NCBI GenBank assembly: GCA_965278995.1
Contig: OZ257136.1
Coordinates: 133,094 to 197,093, forward strand
Source of the DNA: Gammaproteobacteria bacterium
GTDB taxonomy: Bacteria > Pseudomonadota > Gammaproteobacteria > Ga0077536
Length of the DNA stretch: 64,000 bases
Reading direction: 5' to 3'
Part shown: positions 17,589-27,185 of the stretch, piece after piece
How positions within the stretch are numbered: the stretch's first letter is position 1
Layout: each line of letters opens with the position of its first letter
Notes under the pieces: model-generated
The model's database searches: none
Told to the model about the DNA's origin: nothing
Seen by the model: the letters and a program-made list of their open reading frames with translations, nothing else
Translations under genes and position numbers: made by a program

Positions 17589-18119
17589 ATGAAAACAGTA
17601 TTCAAGCGCAGTGCGAGCGTCATGGGGCTGCTGGCGCTGTTCACCACACTGCTGGTGAGCCTGCCTGCGATGGCGCGTCCCGGACATTGCGGCGGAGACA
17701 TGGGCCCTGGAAAGGTACACGACAATCCCGAGCATCGCGATCGCATGGCGGCCGAACTCGGTTTGACGGAGCAGCAGCGCGCAGATTTCGAGCGGATCAC
17801 GAAAGCTGCGCGCGAGCAATCGAAACCGCTGTTCCGCCAGATGCGCGAATCGCACAAAGCCATGAAAGCGTTGATCGAGGCGCCCGCGTTCGATGCAGCG
17901 GCAGTGCGTGCCCAGGCCCAGTCGTCAACGGCTGTGATGGCCGAAATGGCAGTCATCCATGCCCGCAGTCGCTTTGATATCCGACAAATCCTGACGCCTG
18001 AGCAGCGCGAGAAGATGCAGACGATGCATCGTGATCGCCGAGATCATGGCCATCATCATGGCGGCCACGACGGCCACGACGGCCACGACGGCCACGACGG
18101 CAATCCAAAGCCGGAGTAG
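17589..18119 (+). CDS. Spy/CpxP-family periplasmic protein with His-rich tail
   Basis: RBS GGAG; signal peptide; LTxxQ motifs LGLTEQQR and ILTPEQR; tail HGHHHGGHDGHDGHDGHDG; divergent from the BaeSR-like pair. Confidence 0.88.
   Translation: MKTVFKRSASVMGLLALFTTLLVSLPAMARPGHCGGDMGPGKVHDNPEHRDRMAAELGLTEQQRADFERITKAAREQSKPLFRQMRESHKAMKALIEAPAFDAAAVRAQAQSSTAVMAEMAVIHARSRFDIRQILTPEQREKMQTMHRDRRDHGHHHGGHDGHDGHDGHDGNPKPE
18063..18101 (+). repeat. In-frame 9-bp tandem repeat (GGCCACGAC x4) encoding GHD repeats
   Basis: Four exact copies at 18063-18098 plus GGC. Confidence 0.9.
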
Positions 18120-18133
18120 GCGGCCTGAAGCCA

Positions 18134-18160
18134 GTCGCGCGCCGCAAACCGGCGCGCGAC
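18134..18160 (+). terminator. GC-rich hairpin after the spy-like gene
   Basis: GTCGCGCGCCG-caaac-CGGCGCGCGAC perfect 11-bp stem; no U-tract. Confidence 0.45.
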
Positions 18161-18242
18161 CTGCTCCCAGTGATGTCAGCCGGAAAGCGGCGCGTTGCCC
18201 TGCTAAACTGGAAGGGTTAGTACGCTGTTGCCCGATGACGTC

Positions 18243-19238
18243 ATGCGCCAACTCCCACCACTGACCGAGCTGTTGAATCCCGCCCAGCTTGCCGCCGTGC
18301 GCGAACGTTCTGACGTCTGGGGCGTTGGGCTGGTCGTGCATGCCTGGGGCTTGATACTTGCCGCCGCCGCTGTATATGTCATCGCGCCGAATCCGTTGAC
18401 TTATATGCTTGCTGTTGCCGTTATCGGCAGTCGTCAACTCGGTCTGCTCATCCTCATGCATGATGCCGCGCATGGCGCACTGGCACGGTCGCCCACGCTC
18501 AATATCCGGCTGGCGCAGCTGGCGTGTGCCTGGCCGACCCTGGCCGATACGCCGGTCTATCGCGCCTACCATTTGAAGCACCACACGCGCACCCAGCAAA
18601 GCGATGACCCCGATATCATCCTTACCGGGCACTATCCCATCAGCCCGGCCAGTCTGAAACGCAAACTGTTGCGCGATCTGAGCGGAAAGACCGGCTACGC
18701 TCAGCGCAAGGCGCAACTCCTGCACGCGTGTGGCCCCGCTGAGTGGGCGTTACCCCATCGACTTGCCCATTTCTGGCGGCAGCTTGGACCGCAGATGCTG
18801 GCCAACGCCGCGCTGTTCGCGTTCGCTGCCATGGTTGGCCATCCGTGGCTCTATGTCGCTTTATGGCTGGTGCCGCTGCTGACCTGGCAGCAACTCGTGC
18901 TCCGCATCCGTAACATCGCCGAACATGCGGTCGTGCGCGCGGCTGACGATCCTTTCGGCAACGCGCGTACGACCTTGGCGAACCCGCTCGAGCGTCTGTT
19001 CATCGCGCCGTATTACGTCAACTACCATCTCGAGCATCATCTCGTGATGTGGGCACCGTGTTACCGGCTGCCTCTACTTCGCCGCTATCTGTTCGACAAT
19101 GGCTTTGGCGATCGTATTGAGACCGAGGAGGGCTATCTCGCTGTATTGCGCAAAGTGACGAGCGCGCGCGACGACGGCAATAATGAACGGCGCAAGCGGG
19201 CCAGCGGCACGTTCGCACGTGGCTTCGAAGCGGTCTGA
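18243..19238 (+). CDS. Membrane fatty-acid desaturase family protein
   Basis: Three His boxes HDAAH, HLKHH, HLEHH plus NIAEH; TM segments. Confidence 0.9.
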   Translation: MRQLPPLTELLNPAQLAAVRERSDVWGVGLVVHAWGLILAAAAVYVIAPNPLTYMLAVAVIGSRQLGLLILMHDAAHGALARSPTLNIRLAQLACAWPTLADTPVYRAYHLKHHTRTQQSDDPDIILTGHYPISPASLKRKLLRDLSGKTGYAQRKAQLLHACGPAEWALPHRLAHFWRQLGPQMLANAALFAFAAMVGHPWLYVALWLVPLLTWQQLVLRIRNIAEHAVVRAADDPFGNARTTLANPLERLFIAPYYVNYHLEHHLVMWAPCYRLPLLRRYLFDNGFGDRIETEEGYLAVLRKVTSARDDGNNERRKRASGTFARGFEAV

Positions 19239-19246
19239 AACTGGAC

Positions 19247-19714
19247 ATGGCCGCGCTGCCCGAAATCCTCCAGCATGCGCTGCTCGATTGCATGCCGGTT
19301 GCTCGTCTGGCCGTGCGTGGAAATCACGGTACCCCCGAGGTCATGCCGATAGTCTTTGCCCGTGTCGGTCATACCTTGTTCTCGCCGATAGATGGCAAGC
19401 CCAAATCGAGCGCACGCCTCGCGCGGATTGCGCTCATCGCCGCCGCGCCTGAAGTCGGACTCGTGCTCGATCATTACGAAGCGGATTGGCGCCACCTGTG
19501 GTGGTTACGCCTGTCGGCTCACGCCAGGCTTGCACATACCAATCATCCCGACTGGGACGAGGCCGTCGAGATCCTGCGCAGCAAATATCCGCAATACCAT
19601 TCCACACCCCTGTTCAAGGACGATCCGCTGATGCTGGCGTTCGAGTATGGGCACGTGCGCTGGTGGGCAGCCGATGGGATCGCCGGTATCGAGCGCTGGT
19701 TGGCGATTCCATAG
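19247..19714 (+). CDS. PPOX-class probable F420-dependent oxidoreductase (Rv0121-like)
   Basis: PVARLA, PIVFA, IDGKPKS, LDHYEADWRHLWW, LRSKYPQY. Confidence 0.75.
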   Translation: MAALPEILQHALLDCMPVARLAVRGNHGTPEVMPIVFARVGHTLFSPIDGKPKSSARLARIALIAAAPEVGLVLDHYEADWRHLWWLRLSAHARLAHTNHPDWDEAVEILRSKYPQYHSTPLFKDDPLMLAFEYGHVRWWAADGIAGIERWLAIP

Positions 19715-19723
19715 GTTATTCGC

Positions 19724-20569
19724 TCAGATCCCGACGGCCGCCCGCACTGCCGCGATCTCGTCCAGCACTGCGGGAACTTCATGCTGCCTTTCCGGCGGGA
19801 CTAGAAACACGAAACCATCACAGCCGCGAGTGTGGTAGTCGGCGATGACGGCCGGATCCAGCGGGGCGCCGAACAGGAGCACCGTCATCTCGCTGAAATC
19901 GCGGCCGACGGCATCGCAGGCCCGCCGCAGGTCGGTCAGCGGATCGCCCTCATAGCGGCCGTATATCGGCATCCAGCCATCGGCATACTCGGCGACCCTT
20001 GCCGGCACGGCATCGGAGTTCGAGCCGATGTACATCGGCGGACCGCCAGCCTGCACCGGTTTCGGATATAGCCATAGCGGCTCGAAATCGACATACTCAC
20101 CATGAAATTCGGCCGGGGAGTCGCGCCACAGCGTACGGATGGCGAGCGCGCATTCGCGAACGATCCGCCAGCGTTCGCGAAACGGTGAACCATGGTTCTC
20201 CATTGCTTCCCGGATCCAACCGCCCGCGATACCGAAAATCACACGCCCCTGCGACAGGTGATCGAGACTCGCGATCGATTTCGCCGTGATGATGGGGTCT
20301 CTTTCGGTGAGCAGACAGACGCCGGTACCGAGTTGGATGCGTTCGGTGACGGCAGCGCAGGCGGCAAGTGCAGTAATCGAATCGTGCAGGCGCGCAAACG
20401 GTTCGACGATGCTGTCGCGATGATAGGTATTTTTGCTGTGCTTTACTGGCACATGGCTGTTCTCGGCGAAGAACAGCATGTCAAGCGGGCGTTCCTCGAC
20501 GGCGCGCGCGATCAGCGGTGGCGACAGGGTCATGTCCGTCGGCAGCAGGCAGACGCCAAAGTGACTCAT
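19724..20569 (-). CDS. Luciferase-like (LLM) probable F420-dependent oxidoreductase (Rv2161c-like)
   Basis: AENSHVP, GTGVCLLTERDPIITAKSIASLDHLSQGR, GWIREAMENHG, PKPVQ, YADGWMP. Confidence 0.8.
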   Translation of the reverse strand: MSHFGVCLLPTDMTLSPPLIARAVEERPLDMLFFAENSHVPVKHSKNTYHRDSIVEPFARLHDSITALAACAAVTERIQLGTGVCLLTERDPIITAKSIASLDHLSQGRVIFGIAGGWIREAMENHGSPFRERWRIVRECALAIRTLWRDSPAEFHGEYVDFEPLWLYPKPVQAGGPPMYIGSNSDAVPARVAEYADGWMPIYGRYEGDPLTDLRRACDAVGRDFSEMTVLLFGAPLDPAVIADYHTRGCDGFVFLVPPERQHEVPAVLDEIAAVRAAVGI

Positions 20570-20575
20570 CGACGT

Positions 20576-21376
20576 TCAGCCGCGCGCCGGGTGGTATTCC
20601 TTGAAGAATCCCGGCTGCTTGCGCCACAGGCGGCCAGCCATCAGACCACCGTCGACAACCAGCGCGTGCCCGGTCACGTAGCTCGCCGCGTCGCTGGCCA
20701 GCCAGCAGATCGCTTCAGCGATTTCTTCCGGTTCGGCCATACGCGGTATCGGTTGATCGTCGACAGCGGCGACGCGAATCTTCTTGATGCGATCGAGCCA
20801 GCGTTCGTCGCGGACCCCGGTCACTATCGGTGTTGCGACGTTGCCGGGGCAGACCGCGTTGCAACGGACATTATCTTCAGCGAGCTCGAGCGCGACGGAT
20901 TCGGTAAAGCGTACGACCGCCGCTTTGCACGCTGCATAGGCATGCGGCGAATAGCCGCCGGCAAGTCCGGCTACGCTGGCGACGTTGACTATCGCGCCGA
21001 ACTGCTGCGCCTGCATGAGGCGCGCGGCATGCTTGGTGCCGATGACGATGCCGCGCTGCACGACTTCTTGCGTGTAGTCGTACTGGTCGATGTCGAGTGT
21101 GCCTATCGGGCCGAGCACGCCGACAATGCCGGCGTTGTTGACCATGGCGTCGAGGCGCCCATGACGTGCACCTATGGCCGCAAACGCTGCTTCAAAATGC
21201 GCCTCTTCGCGCACATTGAGCTGAACGAACGTGCCGCCGATTTCAGCAGCGACGGCTTCTCCAGCCGCAGTCTGGATATCTCCCACGACGACCTGGTAGC
21301 CGAGACGCGCGAACTGGCGCGCACTGGCCGCGCCGATGCCGCTCGCAGCACCGGTGATGAAAGCGACTTTATCCAT
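20576..21376 (-). CDS. Short-chain dehydrogenase/reductase
   Basis: TGAASGIG, VNNAG, SVAG, YAACK, RCNAVCPG, VDGG. Confidence 0.93.
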   Translation of the reverse strand: MDKVAFITGAASGIGAASARQFARLGYQVVVGDIQTAAGEAVAAEIGGTFVQLNVREEAHFEAAFAAIGARHGRLDAMVNNAGIVGVLGPIGTLDIDQYDYTQEVVQRGIVIGTKHAARLMQAQQFGAIVNVASVAGLAGGYSPHAYAACKAAVVRFTESVALELAEDNVRCNAVCPGNVATPIVTGVRDERWLDRIKKIRVAAVDDQPIPRMAEPEEIAEAICWLASDAASYVTGHALVVDGGLMAGRLWRKQPGFFKEYHPARG

Positions 21377-22910
21377 GCGGTTCGACCTCCTGAGGACGCG
21401 TACTGGTGACTGCGGGAGCACAGCCGGTGTCGCAACATTGGCCTGGTTCCGCGCTCGCGGCAGGCGCATCGGTCAATACGCCGCGCTCCATCAATCGTTC
21501 GACCAGCTGTTTGCGCTCGGCGATGGGGTAGCGCCGGAAAATCTCGCCTTTGAGCGCCTGCGGCGAGCCGCCGCCATGAATACTGATCACGGACATCCAG
21601 CCACCGGCGTCGGAGGCTGTCAGGTCCTCCATGAACCGGGCGACCTGCACACGTTTGTCATAGGGAATATCAGCACGACCGCGCAGCACCTCGGCAAGCT
21701 TGGCCGCAGTCTCCGGATTGTGGTCTTCCTCAGGCCCCGGCAGCGCAACGATGAGTCCGCCGGAGACTTCATGAGCGAGCCGATGCATATCGTAGATTTG
21801 ATTGCCGAGCAGCAGCTTGCCGATGTTGGAAAAGACCGCTTCAGGTTCGATGTTGCCGGCTGGATCGCGCACGCCATAGACCGAAGCAGCCACACCGCAG
21901 GCGTAAAAACCTTCGACCGTCTTGATCAGTTCGACCATGGTGTCGCGCAGATGCGAGCTTTTCTTCATGCATAGACCGTTCGCCTCGATCATAAGCGCGC
22001 CCGCACCAATCAACAGATCGCCGAAACCGGCACGCGCGCCGATGCAGGTATGCCGGTGATGAGTCGCATAGGACTTGGTGAGAAACTCGGAGTGCGCGTA
22101 TTCGCCACAGAGGAACACGCGCTCCCACGGCACGAAGACATTCTCGAATATACACACGCCGGTGGTCTGGCCATATTTTCCGCTGAAGATCGCGCGCGAT
22201 TCGCCCGGACGCCCTGCTGGCCGGGCGACAATGGTCAGACCGCGGGTGTCCACCGGTACCGCACAGGCCACGGCAAAATCGCGGTCTTCAGCCTGCATCG
22301 CGCGCCCGGGTAACACCAGCAGCTCGTGCACATACGGCGCCGACGTCACGATAGCTTTGGTGCCGGAGATGACGATACCGCCCGGTTTGCGGTCAACGAC
22401 GTGAACATAAGCGTTCGGATTCGGTTGCTCATGCGGACGCAGACTGCGATCGCCTTTGGCATCGGTCATCGCGATGCCAACAGTCAGGTCGCGATCCTGG
22501 ACATGACGCAGATAGTCGAGCAGACGAGGTTGATAATCGGTGCTGTGTTCGGCATCGATTCGATACGTGAGCTGAAACGCCGCGTTCAGACCATCCATGG
22601 TCAGATAACGCATCGCGCAGCCAGTTTCCTGACAGACCAGACGGGTGTATTCAAGCTTGGCCAGCAGGTCGTCGGTCGAGTGATTAAGCGCCAGAAAGCG
22701 ATTGACTTCGCCCGATCCATCGACATGCGGCGCGAGCGCGAGTGCCGCATGCGTCGACAGCTTCGCATAGTCATAAGTCACGCCGATGGCGTTGATGCCC
22801 GGTCGCAGACGGGGTTCGTCAGCTACGCATTCAATGCGATCGCCGTCGACGAAAACGCGTGGCGAATAACTGCGCAGGGATTCGCGGTAATCGGCGCTCG
22901 ACATCAGCAT
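21369..22910 (-). CDS. 4-hydroxybutyryl-CoA dehydratase (AbfD) / 4-hydroxyphenylacetate 3-hydroxylase family flavoprotein
   Basis: AMTDAKGDRSLRPHEQ, ISGTKAIVT, FENVFVPWERVFLCGE, SIHGGGSPQA match the AbfD/HpaB fold; Cys pattern is atypical. Confidence 0.85.
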   Translation of the reverse strand: MLMSSADYRESLRSYSPRVFVDGDRIECVADEPRLRPGINAIGVTYDYAKLSTHAALALAPHVDGSGEVNRFLALNHSTDDLLAKLEYTRLVCQETGCAMRYLTMDGLNAAFQLTYRIDAEHSTDYQPRLLDYLRHVQDRDLTVGIAMTDAKGDRSLRPHEQPNPNAYVHVVDRKPGGIVISGTKAIVTSAPYVHELLVLPGRAMQAEDRDFAVACAVPVDTRGLTIVARPAGRPGESRAIFSGKYGQTTGVCIFENVFVPWERVFLCGEYAHSEFLTKSYATHHRHTCIGARAGFGDLLIGAGALMIEANGLCMKKSSHLRDTMVELIKTVEGFYACGVAASVYGVRDPAGNIEPEAVFSNIGKLLLGNQIYDMHRLAHEVSGGLIVALPGPEEDHNPETAAKLAEVLRGRADIPYDKRVQVARFMEDLTASDAGGWMSVISIHGGGSPQALKGEIFRRYPIAERKQLVERLMERGVLTDAPAASAEPGQCCDTGCAPAVTSTRPQEVEPHG

Positions 22911-23020
22911 GGGAATTCCTTGATAGACCACTAACAGCCTGACGGCGAGCGTATCATTTTCGGTGTTGGCTAGCTGTTACACTGCGCGCCACCGATGCCC
23001 GCCAGTGTTGCCGCGTGCCC

Positions 23021-23926
23021 ATGTCCATACACATAAAATTGCTGCTGGCGACGGTCTTCTGGGGTGCAACGCCGACCATCGGGCGGGTGCTGGCGGGCTA
23101 CGGGGCGCCGTTCGTGGTGGTGTGCGGGCGGTTTCTCGTCGCCAGTGCATTTCTGCTGTGGTTCGTGGCTGCGGCACGGCAGTTCGTGCCGATACCCCGT
23201 AGCCAATGGTGGCGCTTCGCGTTGCTCGGGCTGACCGGCATCGCGCTGCACAATGGGCTCATGTACAAAGGCCTCGAATACACCTCGGCGACGACTGCTT
23301 CGATCATTCTGGCGCTCATCGCGACGCAGATAATCCTGCTCGATATCGTCTGCTATCGACATCTGCCGGACAAGCTCGCGCTCGCCGGAGTTGCGCTCGC
23401 GTTTGCCGGCACGACCTATGTCATCACTGGCGGCGAACCGGGGGAACTGTTCAGCCTGCATCTTGGGGTAGGTGAATTGTTAGTCTTCCTGTCTGGCTTG
23501 TCGTGGGCGATTTATTCCGTTGTCGGGCGCTCGCTGCTGCAAGAACTGCCACCGCTGATCGTCACAACGTATGCCACGCTGGCCGGAGTGGTACTACTGT
23601 CTCCCTCGCTGGTGCTGGCACCGGAAGCAACGCTTGCCATCATGCATGACCCGCGTGCACTGGCGTTGATATTTTTCCTCGGTTTCGTCGGCTCCGCGCT
23701 CGGTTTTTTGTGGTACTACCAGGCAGTGGTCAGTCTGGGGACGGTCGGTACTGCGGTTTATCTGAATCTGGTGCCGGTATTCGGCGTGTTGTGCGCGAAC
23801 CTGTTTCTGGACGAGCCGATAAACGCTGCCGTGATTGTCGGTGGCGCATTGGTGCTGGCCGGGCTCACCCTGGTCAACAGGCCACGCCTGCGGGCTGACC
23901 GCAGTGCGCCAATCGCGATGCCGTGA
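23021..23926 (+). CDS. DMT/EamA family transporter
   Basis: About 10 TM helices; FWGATP, GLEYTSATTASII, LSWAIYS, YLNLVPVFG, FLDEPI. Confidence 0.9.
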   Translation: MSIHIKLLLATVFWGATPTIGRVLAGYGAPFVVVCGRFLVASAFLLWFVAAARQFVPIPRSQWWRFALLGLTGIALHNGLMYKGLEYTSATTASIILALIATQIILLDIVCYRHLPDKLALAGVALAFAGTTYVITGGEPGELFSLHLGVGELLVFLSGLSWAIYSVVGRSLLQELPPLIVTTYATLAGVVLLSPSLVLAPEATLAIMHDPRALALIFFLGFVGSALGFLWYYQAVVSLGTVGTAVYLNLVPVFGVLCANLFLDEPINAAVIVGGALVLAGLTLVNRPRLRADRSAPIAMP

Positions 23927-23986
23927 CGTAGCGGTAGAATACGTTGTATCGATGAGCACACTGCGCCGCGCCCGCCAGCCCGAAAT

Positions 23987-25276
23987 ATGAACGATCTGTC
24001 GAAATTGAGCATCGCCCGCGGTCCTGCGCCGGTAGCGGGCCGCCGGCGCTGGCAATGGCCGTTGACGATAGCCGCCGTGGTCATCGCCGTGGTCACCTAT
24101 CAACGTACCGACGGCTTTCAGCGGCCGGTGGACGTCGATTTCGGTACGGTTGCCACCGCCTGGCCATCGCAGACAGTCACCTTGTTCAATGCCACCGGTT
24201 ACGTGGTCCCGCAGACCCGCGCTGATATCGCCTCGAAAGCGACCGGCAGACTCGAAGCGCTCGAAGTCGACGAAGGCAGTGTCGTAGAGAAGGACCAGGT
24301 CATCGCGCGGCTCGAAAGCGCCGACCTCGATGCTGCCGTACACCGAGCCGAAGCCGACGTCACCGCCGCCAGCGCGGGCATCGCTGAAGCCCAGGCGCGT
24401 CGCGGCGAAGCTGAAGCGCGCGTGCGTGAAACGCTGGCCGAAGCCAACGATGCAGTGCGTGCCCGCGCGCGCGCCGTCGTCATGCGGAACAGGCAATTCA
24501 TCAGCGAGGAGATGCACGACGCTGCGCTTTCGCGTGCTGAGCGGTCGCAGGCCGTGGCAGCGAGTGCCGCAGCCGGGGTGGTCGCCGCGAGTGCCTCGAT
24601 AGCAGCAGCCGAAGCGCGGCTGGTGGCCGCACAAGCCGCGCTCGACGAAGCGCGCGTGGCAGTTTCCTATACCTTGATTCGGGCACCGTTTGCTGGCGTC
24701 ATTTTGTCAAAAGACGCCGATATCGGTGACGTACTCGCGCCGTTCGCGTCGACCACGGAATCGAAAGGCGCGGTGGTGTCGATGGCCGACATGAACACGC
24801 TCGAAGTCGAGGCCGACATTTCCGAATCCAATCTGACCGGCGTGACGGTCGGCCAGCCGTGCGAGATTCAGCTCGACGCGCTGCCGGATGTCCGCCTGCG
24901 CGGTGAAGTACATATGGTTGTCCCAACAGTCGATCGGACGAAGGCAACAGTGATGGCCAAAGTCCGCTTTGTCGAACGCGATCCGCGCATCCTGCCCGAT
25001 ATGAGCGCACGCGTGGCGTTTCTATCAGCCGCGATACCGGAAGCCGCGCAACGCGCACGCACGGTCGTACCAGCCGCTGCTGTGTTCGAGCGCGATGGCC
25101 ACTCACAGGTTTTCCGAGTCGATGGCGAGCGGGTCAAAGCAGTTGTCGTCGAGACCGGCGAGACGTTGGGCGATCTGCGCGAGCTCACTAGCGGAGTGGC
25201 GCTTGGCGACAGAGTTGTCGTCGCGCCGCCGGCCGGTCTGGTTGATGGTGCGCACGTTCGCGCGCGTGAGCCGTGA
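23987..25276 (+). CDS. Periplasmic adaptor (MFP) subunit, MacA-like
   Basis: ATGYVV, VDEGSVVEKDQVIARLE, long coiled coil, IRAPFAGVI, PTVDRTKATV. Confidence 0.9.
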   Translation: MNDLSKLSIARGPAPVAGRRRWQWPLTIAAVVIAVVTYQRTDGFQRPVDVDFGTVATAWPSQTVTLFNATGYVVPQTRADIASKATGRLEALEVDEGSVVEKDQVIARLESADLDAAVHRAEADVTAASAGIAEAQARRGEAEARVRETLAEANDAVRARARAVVMRNRQFISEEMHDAALSRAERSQAVAASAAAGVVAASASIAAAEARLVAAQAALDEARVAVSYTLIRAPFAGVILSKDADIGDVLAPFASTTESKGAVVSMADMNTLEVEADISESNLTGVTVGQPCEIQLDALPDVRLRGEVHMVVPTVDRTKATVMAKVRFVERDPRILPDMSARVAFLSAAIPEAAQRARTVVPAAAVFERDGHSQVFRVDGERVKAVVVETGETLGDLRELTSGVALGDRVVVAPPAGLVDGAHVRAREP

Positions 25277-25292
25277 ACGCGCGCGACCGACG

Positions 25293-26002
<710 letters not shown>

Positions 26003-26006
<4 letters not shown>

Positions 26007-27166
26007 TCGCGTTTCTGCTGCGGCTGATCCTGCGCAACTGTTTTCGCCATCCACTGCGCACTCTATTGACGGTACTCGGCATCATCGTCGCCATTACTGC
26101 TTTTGGTCTTCTACGAACCACGATCGAGGCCTGGTATGCCGGTGCCGATGCTTCGTCGGCTTCGCGCCTCATCGTTCGCAACAAGAATTCGCTCACGTTC
26201 TCGCTGCCTCTGCACTACCGTTCGAAGATTGCACAGGTCGAAGGCGTCAATGCTGTCAGCTATGCCGACTGGTTCGGGGGTATCTACATTGACCGCAAGA
26301 ATTTCTTCCCGCAGTTCGCAGTCGAGCCGACGACGTATCTGCCGATGTATCCGGAGTTCATCGTGCCGCCAGCTGAAATGAGAGCGTTTTTGCTCGATCG
26401 ACGCGGCGCATTGGTCGGGCGCAAGACTGCGAACAAGTATGGTTGGAAGCTGGGCGATCAGATCCCGCTCAGAGGCACCATCTATGCCGGTAACTGGAGT
26501 TTTGTGCTGCGTGCCATCTACACCGGTGAGAGCGCCAAGATTGACGAATCCCAGTTCTTTTTTCATTGGGAGAATCTGAACGAAACAATGAAGCGCATCG
26601 CGCCCGAGCAGGTCAACGAGGTTGGCATATTTCTCGTCGGGCTCGACCATCCAGCCGATGCGCCGCAGGTCGCGCAACGTATCGACAAGCTGTTCGAGAA
26701 TTCGCGCGCCGAGACCCTGACAGAAACCGAGAAAGCATTCCAGTTGAGCTTCGTCGCCATGACCGAGGCGATACTGCTGGTCATCCAGGTGGTGTCATTT
26801 CTGATCATCGTCATTATCATGGCGGTGATGGCCAACACCATGGCCATGACAGCGCGCGAGCGTACGCGCGAGTACGCGACGATGAAAGCGCTCGGTTTCG
26901 GCACCCGCCACATCGTGGCCCTGATTGGCGGTGAGTCATTGCTGCTTGCGATCGCCTCCGGCACGGTCGCGCTGTGGTTCCTGTATCCGGCTGCGGCATG
27001 GATCGGTCAGCGTTTCGGCTCGATATTCCCCATCTTTACGGTCTCGCCGCATACGGTCGTGCTCGCCGGCACGATGGCGGTACTGGTAGGTGCCGTTGCC
27101 GCCGTCGTCCCGGCCTGGCGTGCGGCAACGCTCAAGGTCAACGACGGTTTTCGCGCGGTCGGGTAA
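26003..27166 (+). CDS. FtsX/MacB-type ABC permease 1
   Basis: RTLLTVLGI, periplasmic domain, ARERTREYATMKALGF, PAWRAA. Confidence 0.9.
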
Positions 27167-27185
27167 GGACCAGGGTCCTTTAGTC

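Noticed and set aside
17414-18101. Short tandem repeats as CRISPR
   Set aside because: The 11-bp and 9-bp units are contiguous with no spacers, and the second is in-frame coding sequence.
21369-22910. Evidence for autotrophic 3HP/4HB carbon fixation
   Set aside because: The canonical Fe-S ligands are altered and no other cycle genes are in the window.
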